This document shows positions 54,144 through 64,000 of a stretch of 64,000 bases of DNA, piece by piece (position 1 is the stretch's first letter; each line of letters opens with the position of its first letter). The notes under the pieces were generated by a model, which was given only the letters and a program-made list of their open reading frames with translations, was not told where the DNA came from and did no database searches. The position numbers were made by a program, and so were the translations under genes. This DNA comes from Planctomycetota bacterium (GTDB lineage: Bacteria > Planctomycetota > UBA1135 > UBA2386), in NCBI GenBank assembly GCA_046290465.1, contig JBKAGP010000001.1, forward strand, positions 992,001 to 1,056,000, given 5' to 3'.

Positions 54144-56825
54144 TCATTCCTTGCCGGCGCCCGGGGACGCCGTCACCGTGTCGGCCTCGTCGTCGCGGCC
54201 GAGTTCGCGCAGCAGCGCCACCAGCCGGACCCGCTGCACCTCGGCTTCGCCGTCGCGGCCCGCCGCCAGCGCCTGCCGCCGCGCCGTCCGCAGCAGGTCG
54301 ACGGCATGCTCCCGGTCGCCGCGCTGCGCCAGCATGAACGCGAGGTTGGTCATGCTCACCGTGCGCACGAAATGGTCGTCGGACAGGTGGCGCTCCGCCA
54401 TTTCGACCGCGCGCCGCTGGGTCGCGACCGCCTGCTCGGCGTCCCCCGCGCGCCACTGCACGCTGGCCAGGTTGCCGAGCGCGCCGATGTGCCCGTCGCG
54501 TCGCTGGTCGCCAAGTTCGCCGTAACGCTGGACCGCCTCGCGCAGGATGCGCTCTGCCGCCGGCAGGTCGCCGGCCTTGCCGAGCACGGCACCGAGCCGC
54601 TGCAACGTCTCGACGACATGCAGGTGGCCGTCACCGAACTCCGCCCGCAACGTCGCGAGCGCCGCCCGTAGCAGCCGTTCGGCCTCGCCCAGCTGACCGC
54701 GTTCCTGCAGCAGCCAGGCGAGGTCGGCGCGGCTGCGCGCGACCAGGGTGTGGCCTTCGCCGAACACCCTCACCCGCCCTTGCAGCAGTTCGCGGAACGC
54801 CCGCTCGGCCTCGTCGACGTCGCCGCGCCGCTGCAGCAGCACCGCCCGGTGCTGCCGTGCCGCGAGCACGTCCGGATGGTCGTTCCCCAGCGTGCGTTGC
54901 TGCGCCAGAGCCAGGTCCAGCGCAGCCAGGGCCTCGTCGACCCGGCCGAGCGAGCCGTGCAGGTTGGCGACCTGCAGGTAGCTGCGGGCGAGGTCCACCG
55001 GGCGGCCCTCGCGCAGCGCCAGCGCGCGCTCCGCGTGCTCGAAGGCCACGCGTTCGTCACCGCGCCGCTGTGCGACCTCGGCCAGCAGCGCGTGGCTCTG
55101 CGAAAGCAGTTCGGCGAGCTCCGGATCCTCGGCCGCCGCCGCCAGCCCGGTCGCGGCAGCGGCGGCCGAGTGCTCGGCGTCCTGTGGTCTGCCCAGTGCC
55201 AACAGCGCCCGCGCGCGCTGCAGGACCGCGACGGCACGGTCCCGTTCGTCGCCGAACTCCGTCGCCAGTTCGACCGCGCGGTCGGCGTGTCGCAACGCGA
55301 TCTCGCCGTGGCCGAGGAACCGCTGCAGACCGGCTAGCGTGCGCTGCACCCGCATCTCCAGCAGCGGGTCGCCCGCGGTGCGCGACGGCAGCTCGCGCAG
55401 CAGATCGGCCAGCACCTCGCGGGTCGGCCGCGCGGCGTCGCCGAGGCCGCTCGGATCGAGACGCGTCCACGCCTCCTCGAGCAGGTCCAACGCACGATCG
55501 GCGCGCGCGCTGGCGCGCTCCGCAGCGCGTTGTTCGGCGCGCGCCTGCCGTTCGGACTGCAGCGCGTGCCACCACCCCAGGCTCGCCACCGCGCTGCCGA
55601 TCACGAGCGTGGCGCCGACCGCGAGCACCGCGAACGCGGCCGTCCGGTGGCGGCCGACGAAGCGCCGCAGCCGATAGAGATGCGACGGCGGTGCGGCCGC
55701 GACCGGCCGACGCTGCAGCAGGCAGTGCACGTCCGCCACGAGCGCCGCGACCGTCGGGTAGCGCGCCGCCGGCCGCTTCTCGAGCGCGCGCGCCGTGATC
55801 CACACCAGCTCGACCGGCAGCTCCGGGCGGAACCGACGCGGCGACGGCGGTGCTTCGCCGCGGACCGCCGCGAGCAGCGCGTCGAGGCCGCCGCTCGCGC
55901 GTTCGCGCACGAACGGCACGCGACCGGCGACCAGTTCGTAGAGCAACACACCGAGCGAGTAGACGTCGCTGCGCGCGTCGACCATCGCGTGCGCGCCATC
56001 GGCCTGCTCCGGGCTCATGTATTCGGGGGTGCCGAGCAGTTCGGAGCCGGCGCCGCCGTCGCCAGAACCGCTGATGGCCGAACCGCCGACGACCGAGCCC
56101 CCGAGCACCGAACCACCGATCACCGACCCCCCATCGAGCGACCGCGCGACCCCGAAGTCGATCACGATCGGACGCGGGTCGGCAGCGCCGCCGGACACCA
56201 GCACGTTCGACGGCTTCAGGTCGTAGTGCACGATGCCCTTGTCGTGCGCATGCCGCACCGCGTCGCAAACGGCCGCGAACAGCTCGAGTCGACGCTCGAG
56301 CGGCCATCCTTGCTGGCGACAGAACGACGTGATCGTCGGGCCGTCGACGAGCTGCATCGCCATCCACGCGTGGCCGTCGTCGGTGATTCCGGCGTCATAG
56401 ATGTGCGCGATCCCGGGGTGCTGCATCCGCGCCAGCACCTGACGCTCGGCGAGCGACGCGGTCCCGGCCGCCCGCGGCCGATGCAGCACCTTCAACGCGA
56501 CCCGTCGCTCGACCGGCGCGTGCTGCTGCGCGAGCCAGACGGTGCCGAAGCCGCCGCGGCCGAGCGGCTCCAGCAGCTCGTAGTCGGCGATCCGGTCGCC
56601 GACCTCGTACGACGGGCCGGGTGTCGGATCGGCGCACGCGGCCGCGACCAGCCCGCTCGGGTGTTCGAGGAACGCGCCGGCGCGATCGTGCGCGGCGAGC
56701 AGCCGTTCGAGTTCGCCGGCCAGTGTGCGATCCTCGAGCCCAGCGACGAACGCCGGCCGCGCGTCGGCCGGCAGCTCGAGCGCCTCGGCGAAGCGCTGCT
56801 TCAGCAGGTCGCCGCGCTCACCCAT
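54144..56825 (-). CDS. Ser/Thr protein kinase with TM helix and TPR repeats
   Basis: GRGGFG, VALK, HYDLKPSN, DFG, GTPEYMSPE, DVYSLG; TM segment; kinesin-light-chain-like TPRs ('LGNDHPDV', 'FGEGHTLV'). Confidence 0.92.
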   Translation of the reverse strand: MGERGDLLKQRFAEALELPADARPAFVAGLEDRTLAGELERLLAAHDRAGAFLEHPSGLVAAACADPTPGPSYEVGDRIADYELLEPLGRGGFGTVWLAQQHAPVERRVALKVLHRPRAAGTASLAERQVLARMQHPGIAHIYDAGITDDGHAWMAMQLVDGPTITSFCRQQGWPLERRLELFAAVCDAVRHAHDKGIVHYDLKPSNVLVSGGAADPRPIVIDFGVARSLDGGSVIGGSVLGGSVVGGSAISGSGDGGAGSELLGTPEYMSPEQADGAHAMVDARSDVYSLGVLLYELVAGRVPFVRERASGGLDALLAAVRGEAPPSPRRFRPELPVELVWITARALEKRPAARYPTVAALVADVHCLLQRRPVAAAPPSHLYRLRRFVGRHRTAAFAVLAVGATLVIGSAVASLGWWHALQSERQARAEQRAAERASARADRALDLLEEAWTRLDPSGLGDAARPTREVLADLLRELPSRTAGDPLLEMRVQRTLAGLQRFLGHGEIALRHADRAVELATEFGDERDRAVAVLQRARALLALGRPQDAEHSAAAAATGLAAAAEDPELAELLSQSHALLAEVAQRRGDERVAFEHAERALALREGRPVDLARSYLQVANLHGSLGRVDEALAALDLALAQQRTLGNDHPDVLAARQHRAVLLQRRGDVDEAERAFRELLQGRVRVFGEGHTLVARSRADLAWLLQERGQLGEAERLLRAALATLRAEFGDGHLHVVETLQRLGAVLGKAGDLPAAERILREAVQRYGELGDQRRDGHIGALGNLASVQWRAGDAEQAVATQRRAVEMAERHLSDDHFVRTVSMTNLAFMLAQRGDREHAVDLLRTARRQALAAGRDGEAEVQRVRLVALLRELGRDDEADTVTASPGAGKE
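56073..56132 (-). repeat. degenerate 15-bp tandem repeat x4 in the kinase activation loop
   Basis: Encodes GGSVI-GGSVL-GGSVV-GGSAI between DFG and GTPEY. Confidence 0.8.
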
Positions 56826-57414
56826 CGACGCCGCCCATGGCCGCGAACAGCCGCGCCCGCGCGAACGCCCACTCGCGCAGCACCGTGCGCCGCGACAGCC
56901 CGATCGCCGCCGCGGTCTGGTCGACGTCGAGGCCGGCGAAGAACCGCAGCCGCACGATCTCGCCGGCGCGCGGGTCGTCACGCTCCAGCGCTGCGATCGC
57001 CTCGTCGAGCTGCAGGAACGTCGCGGCGTCGCCGAGGTCCGGTTCGCCGGCGGCGAGCCCGCCGACCGAGACCGGTTCGTGTGCCTGCGGGCCACCGCGC
57101 TTCAACCGGCTGCGGCGGCGCGCGTGGTCGACCAGGATCCGCCGCATCGCGGTCGCCGCCGCCCGGAAGAACGCGTGCCGGTCCTGCCACTCCGCGCCGT
57201 GCACGCCGACCAGCTTCAGCCACGTCTCGTGCACGAGCGCGGTCGCCTGCAGCGTGTGGTCGTCGCGCTCGTTCGCCATGCGCCGGCGCGCCAGCTCGCG
57301 CAGCTCGCGATAGACCAGCGGCAGCGCCGCGTCCCCGGCATCCGGCTGGCCCTGCGCGGCCCGCCGCAGCAGCTCGGTCAGCGGCGGCTCCCCTTGCAGA
57401 TCGTCACGCGACAT
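56818..57414 (-). CDS. ECF sigma factor, ECF43-like (kinase-activated)
   Basis: 'LPLVYRELRELARR', 'HTLQATALVHE', 'AMRRILVDHARR', 'IVRLRFFAGL', 'REWAFARA.L'. Overlaps the kinase start. Confidence 0.9.
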   Translation of the reverse strand: MSRDDLQGEPPLTELLRRAAQGQPDAGDAALPLVYRELRELARRRMANERDDHTLQATALVHETWLKLVGVHGAEWQDRHAFFRAAATAMRRILVDHARRRSRLKRGGPQAHEPVSVGGLAAGEPDLGDAATFLQLDEAIAALERDDPRAGEIVRLRFFAGLDVDQTAAAIGLSRRTVLREWAFARARLFAAMGGVDG

Positions 57415-57476
57415 CTCGGCCGCGAGCATACGCGACCGCGGACGACGCCGGCGCGGACATGTGCGTACGGTCGCGG

Positions 57477-59132
57477 TCACGGCTGCTGGCGGCAGTAGCA
57501 CGAGGCGCCGATCTCGACCGAGGCGTTTGCCCAGGCGGCCGCGAAGCGCGTCCGCAGCGCGGCGGCGCGGGTGTCGCCTCCCGCGCGTTCGGCGCACTCG
57601 ACGAGGCCGCGCAACGCCCACCCGTTGTCCGGGTTGTGGCGCAGGTCCTGTTCGTAGACCGCGCGCGCCTCGGCGACGCGACCGTGCTCGAGCAGCAGCG
57701 CGCCGAGCGCGTGGCGCGGCGGCATCATCCACCCCCACGGCTCGTCGTAGCGCAGCGCGTCGGCGCGCTCGACCGCCAGCCGCAGCGACGCGAACGCGGC
57801 CTCGCGGTCGCCGTCGCGGAACGTGATCTCGCCGTCGAGGAACGCAGCGCCGATCGCCAGCACGGTGCGCGTCGGGTTGTTGCCGATCGTCCACGACTCG
57901 GGCACCTGCGCCGCCAGCTCCGTGAACGCCCGCTGCTCGTCGCGCGCTTCGACGACGCGCCCGAGCGCAGCCAGCGCGATGCCGCGGGCGTAGTGCCGCA
58001 CCGCGCGCGTGCTCAGCTGCCATTCGGGCGGCGCGGGCCGCGCCAGGATCTCCTGCCAACGGCCGAACCGCACCAAGGCGTGGAACGGCACCGCCAGGAA
58101 CCCCTCCAGGAACTCCGGCAGCTCGCGCACGACGTCGGCGGGCAGTTCTTGCACCATCTCGTCAGCCGCCGCGATCGCCTCGTCGGCGCGCCCGGCGAAC
58201 ATCGCCGCATAGACCAGGAAGTGGTAGTTGTGCGCGCGGTAGAGTTCGTAGAAGCCGACCCGACCGGTGCGTGCGAGGATGCGCTGGTCGGCGGCGATCG
58301 CCCGGCGGTTGGCGGCGGCGGCGTCCTCGTAGCGGCCGACGCGGACGAACACGTGCGACGGCATGTGCGTCAGGTGGCCGGCCGCCGGCGCCAGGTCGAT
58401 GAGCCGTTCGGCGCACGGCAGCGCGCACTCCGGCTGCGGCGACGCCTCGACGGCGTGGATGTAGAGGTGGTTCGCCTGTGGATGATCCGGGTGCTCGCGC
58501 AGGGTGCGTTCGAGCACCGACAACACCACGTCCGTGCCGGGCTGGGGCTCGCCGTCCGCGGTCCACAGGTCCCACGGGCGCAGGTTCATCAACGACTCGG
58601 CGTAGAGCACCGCGACGTCGCCGTTGCGGCCGTGCCGTTCGTAGACGGTCGTCATCGCGTCGGCGTAGTCGCGGTCGAGCTGCGCGCGGTCGTCGGGCGC
58701 GGGCCAGCGATAGCGTCGGCCGACCGCCGCGATGAGCGCGCGCTCCATCTGCGTGCAACGGGCGCTGCCGGCCGCGGCGCGCTCGGCGGCCTCGTGCGCC
58801 CGCTCGGCGGCGGCGTCGTCCATCTCCATGTTGTTGATGTTCGGGCCGGCCGCGTAGGCGATGCCCCACCACGCCATCGCGCAGTCCGGGTCGTGCTCGA
58901 GCGCGCGACGGAAGCAGCGCGTCGCCTCGTCGTGGTGGAACGCGTAGCACCAGCCGAGGCCGCGATCGAACCAGCGCTGCGCCCGATCCGACGCGCAGGT
59001 CACCGGCAAGTGCGCGCCGCCGAGCTGCGCGGCGGTCGGTTCGCCGTCGACGGCGGTGGGCGTCACGCCGCACGCCGCCAGCGCGAGCAGCAGCGGGATT
59101 GCCCGCGGGAAGGAAGGCAGGGAGTGGCTCAT
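57477..59132 (-). CDS. TPR-repeat lipoprotein
   Basis: Lipobox LAAC; 'AQRWFDRGL...YAFHHDEA', 'CAMAWWG.AYA.GPNIN', 'GHLTHMPSH', 'NPDNGWAL.GL'. Confidence 0.85.
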   Translation of the reverse strand: MSHSLPSFPRAIPLLLALAACGVTPTAVDGEPTAAQLGGAHLPVTCASDRAQRWFDRGLGWCYAFHHDEATRCFRRALEHDPDCAMAWWGIAYAAGPNINNMEMDDAAAERAHEAAERAAAGSARCTQMERALIAAVGRRYRWPAPDDRAQLDRDYADAMTTVYERHGRNGDVAVLYAESLMNLRPWDLWTADGEPQPGTDVVLSVLERTLREHPDHPQANHLYIHAVEASPQPECALPCAERLIDLAPAAGHLTHMPSHVFVRVGRYEDAAAANRRAIAADQRILARTGRVGFYELYRAHNYHFLVYAAMFAGRADEAIAAADEMVQELPADVVRELPEFLEGFLAVPFHALVRFGRWQEILARPAPPEWQLSTRAVRHYARGIALAALGRVVEARDEQRAFTELAAQVPESWTIGNNPTRTVLAIGAAFLDGEITFRDGDREAAFASLRLAVERADALRYDEPWGWMMPPRHALGALLLEHGRVAEARAVYEQDLRHNPDNGWALRGLVECAERAGGDTRAAALRTRFAAAWANASVEIGASCYCRQQP

Positions 59133-59286
59133 GACCGTGGAGGCGACGTCGGCGGCGTCCGGGTGCCAGGAATTGTGCGATTCCGCGGCGCGCGGTCGCC
59201 GCGACAAATGTTGGCACCGGCGGCGGGGCGCTGGCGCCGACCCGCGTGCGGCGCCACGACGGCGACCGAACAAGGACCCCGACCGT

Positions 59287-60192
59287 ATGCCAATCAACCC
59301 GCAGATCTCGTTCTTCTCGCTGCTCGCGCTGGCCTCCTGCGCGTGGACCCCGCTCGCGACCGCACAGAGCCCGTCGCCCGAACTCATCACGAACGGCACG
59401 TTCGACGCAGGCTTCGCCGGCTGGAATCCGCAGGGGTTCGCCGGCAACCCGACCATCGAGACGTTCGACACCACGGGGCTCGGCGCCTCGCCGTGCTTCG
59501 CGGCCGATCCGAACGTCGCGTTCGTCGGCTTCTCGGGGTTCACGATCGAGCAGGACGTGCCGGTCGTCGCCGGCCGCCGCTACGCGTTCGCCGTCGACAC
59601 CAGCTACGCGGCGCCCGCGAGCTCGGTCGCGGACACCGGCCTGCTCACGGTGCAGGTCGACAGCGCGATCCTGATCCAGAAGGCCTACGGCCAGCTCGCC
59701 GCCGGGCAGCTCGCGCGCGACGCGCTGTGCGCGACCTTCGTCGCGACGCAGACCGGCGTGGCCAACATCAAGTTCACGCTGCACAAGCTGATCTTCCCGT
59801 TCGTGCCGGTGGCGCGGATGCGCGTCGACAACTTCTCGGTGCGGCGCATGCACGGCCCGGTGGTCGGAGTGCGCGGCGATCGGCGGCCCGGCGACACCGC
59901 CACGCTCGAGGTGCACGGCGAGTCCGGCGACGGCTTCGCGACGTTCGCGGCGACGCAGCGCGCAGCGGTGCCGGTGCCGTTCGCCGGGCTCTCGGGAGCG
60001 CTCGAGCTGGAGTCGCCGACGCCGTTCGGCAGCGGCGTGCTGCCGAACGACGGTGTGCATCGCTCGCAGCTGCTGATCCCCGCGATCCCCGCGCTGGCCG
60101 GGCTGCCGGTCGAACTGCAGGCCGTGCGCATCCCGACCGCATCGCCGAACGGCGGCTTCGGGCCGGCTCGTTCGCTCGGCGTGCAGAACTGA
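59287..60192 (+). CDS. secreted protein, CBM-like N-terminal domain plus C-terminal beta-rich domain
   Basis: Signal peptide ending ATA/Q; 'ELITNGTFDAGFAGW', 'VDNFSV'; C-terminal 'IPAIPALAGLPVELQA'. Confidence 0.7.
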   Translation: MPINPQISFFSLLALASCAWTPLATAQSPSPELITNGTFDAGFAGWNPQGFAGNPTIETFDTTGLGASPCFAADPNVAFVGFSGFTIEQDVPVVAGRRYAFAVDTSYAAPASSVADTGLLTVQVDSAILIQKAYGQLAAGQLARDALCATFVATQTGVANIKFTLHKLIFPFVPVARMRVDNFSVRRMHGPVVGVRGDRRPGDTATLEVHGESGDGFATFAATQRAAVPVPFAGLSGALELESPTPFGSGVLPNDGVHRSQLLIPAIPALAGLPVELQAVRIPTASPNGGFGPARSLGVQN

Positions 60193-60199
60193 GGCGTCG

Positions 60200-60739
60200 A
60201 TGCAACCGCTCGTCTACCACGTCGCCGCGAGCCTCGACGGCTTCCTCGCCCAACCCGACGGGTCGTTCGACGGCTTCGCGTGGGACGACGAGGTGGTCGC
60301 CGACTTCGAACGCGCCTGCGCCACCTACGGCACCGTCCTGATGGGCCGCAAGACCTACGAGGTCGGGTTGGCGGAGGGCAAGACCAGCCCCTATCCGTCG
60401 ATGCGCCAGGTGGTGTTTTCGCGCAGCATGACGCAGTCGCCCGATGCGGCCGTCGAGCTGGTCGGCGGCGACATCGCTCCGTTCGTGCGCAGCGCCAAGG
60501 AGACCGCCGAACGGCCGCTCTGGCTGTGCGGCGGCGGCGAGGTCGCGGCGCAGCTGCTCGACGCCGGGCTCGTCGACCGGGTCGTCGTCAAGCTCAACCC
60601 GGTGGTGTTCGGGGCGGGTGTGCCGCTGTTCGCCGCGGGCATCCGCACCGCGTCGCTTCGGCTGGAGGGCCTGGAGCGCTTCGCCTGCGGCATCACCGTG
60701 CTCCAGTTCGCCGTCCCGGGTCGCGAAGTTGTCAGGTAG
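60200..60739 (+). CDS. dihydrofolate reductase-family protein (RibD C-terminal domain)
   Basis: 'AASLDGFLA', 'LMGRKTYE', 'LWLCGGG', 'LVDR...NPVVFGAGVPLF'. Confidence 0.9.
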   Translation: MQPLVYHVAASLDGFLAQPDGSFDGFAWDDEVVADFERACATYGTVLMGRKTYEVGLAEGKTSPYPSMRQVVFSRSMTQSPDAAVELVGGDIAPFVRSAKETAERPLWLCGGGEVAAQLLDAGLVDRVVVKLNPVVFGAGVPLFAAGIRTASLRLEGLERFACGITVLQFAVPGREVVR

Positions 60740-60994
60740 ACACACGCCTGGGCCGATCGGCGGCAACCGAACGCCCTGACTGTCCACGCCCCAGGGCATC
60801 GGCACCACGGCGCTTCCATGCAGCGTGGCGCTGCATCGCTAAGGCGTTCCCTCCGCGCCGTCCGCCGGCACGCCTCTCACCCCGAAGCAGAAGGAGATCT
60901 CGTGATGATCCGTTCGACCACCCTCGCCGCCGCCGCGATCGCGTCCCGGAGCCAGCCCGTTCCGCTGCATGAGCCTCGGGTCAGGCAAATGGAC

Positions 60995-61969
60995 CTACCG
61001 GTCCTCTAGGATCTCGATCGGGTTGCTGCCAAGCGCAGGCACGAGATCGACCAACGGATAGGGCGCGAGATCCAGATCGAGGCGAACGCGTGGGCCATCG
61101 CGCTTCACGTCGATCGACTGTGCCAACCGACGGTAGACCAGCGTCCACCAGAACGGATCACGGCGACCGCGCTGCTCGATCTCGCCCCAGGTCGTCCCGA
61201 AACCCTCGATCGCCACACCCTCTGGCTCATGCCTGCGCGCCTTCTGCCAACCGATGACGTTCGCGTAGAGGGAGTCTGCCGCATCTGCATCGGGGCAACG
61301 CGCATCGATGACCAGCGAACGCGGCGCGACGCGGAAGCGCACATCGACCTCGGCGCCGGCCGCTCCGATACGCGGGCCGATGCGGCTCGCCTTCGGCAGG
61401 TTCAGCCATATCGGGGCCTCGTCGGTGCCGGCGCGCGCATGCAAGTGCTGGCCCCACGCCCCACGCGGCCCGACGTCGAGGTCTTGCGACCAGACCTCCA
61501 GTGCAGTGTCCGTCACCACGATCTCGCAACCGCACAGCGAACCTTTCACGGCACCCGATTCGTCTCTGCGCGCAACACCGCCGGCGGCCTCGATGCCCTG
61601 CTCGAAGAGCCGCGGCTGGAACCGTCCGCCGAGGTGGACCCACCAGTGCGCGTGCTTCTCGACGCGCGCAGCGAGCAAAGCCAAGTCGACGCGGAAGTTG
61701 CCGAACTGCACCGCGAGTTCGTACGGCAACTGCGCCGGCGTGTCGCCCGACACGAGCCACGCGTGCCTCCTGGCCGGGCTCACGTTGCCGCCGGCGGCGG
61801 CCAGGAGCGAGCTCGACTGGTATCCCATGAACTGCCGCCACGCGGCCAGCAAGGGCGCCGCGCTGTCGAGGCGGGCGCCGTGCACGCCGAGCACGACGTC
61901 GACGTCGTTCGGCAGCAGGTGCTCCACCACCATCAGGGAGCCGGCCTCAAAGCCCGCACGCACTGCCAT
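60995..61969 (-). CDS. hypothetical protein (start uncertain: 61969 or 61933)
   Basis: Open frame with protein-like composition filling the gap; atypical codon usage. The upstream part of the long ORF is the shadow of the + strand gene. Confidence 0.45.
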   Translation of the reverse strand: MAVRAGFEAGSLMVVEHLLPNDVDVVLGVHGARLDSAAPLLAAWRQFMGYQSSSLLAAAGGNVSPARRHAWLVSGDTPAQLPYELAVQFGNFRVDLALLAARVEKHAHWWVHLGGRFQPRLFEQGIEAAGGVARRDESGAVKGSLCGCEIVVTDTALEVWSQDLDVGPRGAWGQHLHARAGTDEAPIWLNLPKASRIGPRIGAAGAEVDVRFRVAPRSLVIDARCPDADAADSLYANVIGWQKARRHEPEGVAIEGFGTTWGEIEQRGRRDPFWWTLVYRRLAQSIDVKRDGPRVRLDLDLAPYPLVDLVPALGSNPIEILEDR

Positions 61970-62065
61970 GAGAAGCGCGGTGACGAGCCGGAGAAGGGAG
62001 GCGTCGTCGGGGCTGTGCCTTGCGGCGCGGGTGCGGCGCAGCCGCAAACCGGTAGAGTCTCCGCC

Positions 62066-64000
62066 ATGCGGACCAACTGGCTGCCGATCCTCCTGCTGCT
62101 CGCCACCGCGCTGCACGCCCAGTGTCCCAACCACTGGCAGCAACAGACCGTGCTCGACGACATCGCGGGCTCGGTCTTCGCGGTGCACTACTGGGATCCC
62201 GACGGCGCGGGGCCGGCGCCCGAGTCGATGGTCGTCGCAGGTGCGTTCACGTTCGCCGGCGGCGCAGCAGCCAACAACATCGCCTTGCTCGACCCCGTGT
62301 CGGGTCAGTTCTCTGCGCTCGGCGACGGCACCGACGGGCGCATCTTCTCGCTGAGCACCGCGGCCAACGGGGACCTGATCGCAGCAGGTGAGTTCGCGAT
62401 GGCGGGCGGCACGCTGGCACTGCACGTCGCGCGCTGGAACGGACAGAACTGGAGCGCGATCGGCAACACGCTGCTCGCGCCGGTTGCCAAGGTCGCAGCG
62501 CTCGACAACGGTGATCTGATCGCGACGGGTAGCTTCTTCGGGCTGATCGCGCGCTGGGACGGCTCGAGTTGGCAGAACGTGTCGCTCGGGCTGCCGGGAC
62601 TGACGGGTGCCGGGGCGATCACCCCGCTCGACAACGGCGGCTATGCAGTGGCCGTGCGCAGCGGCTTCGACGGCTACGTCTTCGCCGACGACGGCACCGG
62701 CAGCGGGCCGCAGCAGGTCGGCGGCACGATCGGCGCGAACCTGAGCAACCTGGTCGTCGCGCCCGGCGGGGAGCTGCTGATCACGGGCTTCGACGTGCTC
62801 GGGTCGTTCCCGTTCCAGGACGTCGCGACGTTCGACGGCAACACCTGGGTGCCGTTCCCGGCGCTCGACGCCGGTCCGGACGGCGTCGCAAAGATGGCCA
62901 ACGGGGACCTGCTGTTCCTGGACGTGCGGCTGTCCGGACAGTTCCAGACGAGCGAGCTGGTGCGATGGGACGGCGTGCAGGCGGTCGACCTCAACGCGGG
63001 TCCGGAGTCGCAGCAGATGCAGCAGATCGCGGTCGCCAGCGACGGCCGCATCGCCGCGTTCAACCCGCTCCTCGGCATGCTCGTGTTCGACGGCACGTCG
63101 TGGCAGTCGGTGGTCGCGCGCCGCGGTCCGTCCGGGCCGGTCGAGAAGATGACGTCGTGGAACGGGGACACGGTCGTGGTCGGCGACTTCTTCGCCGTCG
63201 ACAACATTCCGGCACGGCAGGTCGCGCGGCTGGTGGACGGCCAGTGGCAGACGATGGGCGCCGAGGTGATCGGCGGCACGGTGCGCGCAGTCGACGCGAT
63301 CGACGGCGGCGAGCTCTTCCTTGCCGGCAGCTTCGACTCGATCGCGGGCACCCCGACGACCTTCATGGCGCGCTACGACGGCAGCCAGTGGCACGCGTTC
63401 GGCGGCAGCGTCGACAACTGGGTCAACGCCATCGCGGCGACCCCGAGCGGCGAGGCGTTCTTCGGCGGCTACTTCACGTCGGTCGACGGCCAGCTCGCGC
63501 GCCACATCGTGCGATGGGACGGCACGCAGCGCACCGAGGTCGGGGGCGGCGTGGACGGACCGGTGTTCGCGCTCGAGCTGCTGCCCAACGGCGACCTGCT
63601 GGTCGGCGGCGACTTCGACAACGCGGGCGGCCAGCCGATCGCCAACCTCGCGCTGTGGGACGGCCAGCAGTGGTCGGCCGTCGGCAACCCCGACGCGACC
63701 GTGCGAACGATCTTCCGGGCGCCCGGCGGCGAGGTGCTGATCAGCGGCGACTTCCAGACCGTCGGCGGCGTCGCTGCTGCGTGGGTCGCTTCGTGGAACG
63801 GCACGTCCTGGTCGTCCATGAGCAACGGCGAGGTGCTGCCGGTCACGGAGTTCGCAGCGTTGCCCGACGGCGACATCATCGCTGCCGGCACGTTCACGCC
63901 GTCGTCCGGTGGCCCCGCTTCCTACCTCGCGCGCTGGGACGGCAGCGTGTGGTCCGCCCTGCCCGAAGAGATCGACGGGCGGGCATCGAGCGTGCTCTGG
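62066..64000 (+). CDS. large secreted beta-propeller repeat protein, truncated at the window edge
   Basis: Not in the ORF track. MRTNWLPILLLLATALHA/QCP...WDPDGAGP, then repeats of 'NGDL..(A/G)G.F...GG.....ARW(D/N)G..WS.(I/L)G'. Confidence 0.88.
   Translation, partial: MRTNWLPILLLLATALHAQCPNHWQQQTVLDDIAGSVFAVHYWDPDGAGPAPESMVVAGAFTFAGGAAANNIALLDPVSGQFSALGDGTDGRIFSLSTAANGDLIAAGEFAMAGGTLALHVARWNGQNWSAIGNTLLAPVAKVAALDNGDLIATGSFFGLIARWDGSSWQNVSLGLPGLTGAGAITPLDNGGYAVAVRSGFDGYVFADDGTGSGPQQVGGTIGANLSNLVVAPGGELLITGFDVLGSFPFQDVATFDGNTWVPFPALDAGPDGVAKMANGDLLFLDVRLSGQFQTSELVRWDGVQAVDLNAGPESQQMQQIAVASDGRIAAFNPLLGMLVFDGTSWQSVVARRGPSGPVEKMTSWNGDTVVVGDFFAVDNIPARQVARLVDGQWQTMGAEVIGGTVRAVDAIDGGELFLAGSFDSIAGTPTTFMARYDGSQWHAFGGSVDNWVNAIAATPSGEAFFGGYFTSVDGQLARHIVRWDGTQRTEVGGGVDGPVFALELLPNGDLLVGGDFDNAGGQPIANLALWDGQQWSAVGNPDATVRTIFRAPGGEVLISGDFQTVGGVAAAWVASWNGTSWSSMSNGEVLPVTEFAALPDGDIIAAGTFTPSSGGPASYLARWDGSVWSALPEEIDGRASSVLW

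Noticed and set aside
55530..60341. 1603-aa + strand ORF and other long Arg/Ala/Pro-rich ORFs (e.g. 46208-49426, 28420-31506, 34803-37541)
   Set aside because: Antisense or off-frame shadows of real genes, caused by stop-codon scarcity in high-GC DNA.
1..64000. CRISPR array, rRNA, intact transposase or integrase
   Set aside because: No regularly spaced direct repeats with unique spacers, no rRNA-like sequence and no recombinase motifs recognised.

Overview
High-GC bacterial DNA, probably from a Planctomycetota lineage that retains MreB. This is an inference from the kinase-linked ECF sigma factors, a Tat-exported Gfo/Idh/MocA enzyme, a long Flp pilin and a 'WDPDGAGP' propeller protein. Contents, left to right: (1) part of an extracellular contractile injection system (eCIS, Afp/PVC-like; 1-10515) that runs off the left edge; (2) a secreted propeller protein and a heparinase II/III-family lyase; (3) a complete Tad/Flp pilus locus (13926-27377) split by a divergent DUF1826 + COG0523 metal-chaperone operon; (4) a ferredoxin-methyltransferase fusion, a sulfotransferase-like gene, an oxidoreductase and an ECF sigma/Ser-Thr kinase pair; (5) mreB-mreC-mreD-mrdA-rodA, preceded by two uncharacterised membrane genes; (6) lnt, moeA and cheA-W-D-Y-X; (7) an agmatinase-family gene, a candidate sRNA and a tRNA(CAT); (8) a mosaic of gene fragments, a second ECF/kinase pair and more secreted proteins. 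Most notable observations: an identical GGAAC-N15-GGCACC motif upstream of the secretin, pilin and metal-chaperone genes; an eCIS with inserted sheath and gp25 sequence plus a divergent regulator/ATPase module; an apparently duplicated MreC domain; a single in-frame TAG in cheA; a structured C/U-rich RNA; and a 66-bp CTAG-bounded hairpin repeat. All family assignments come from reading motifs by eye; no database searches were run.
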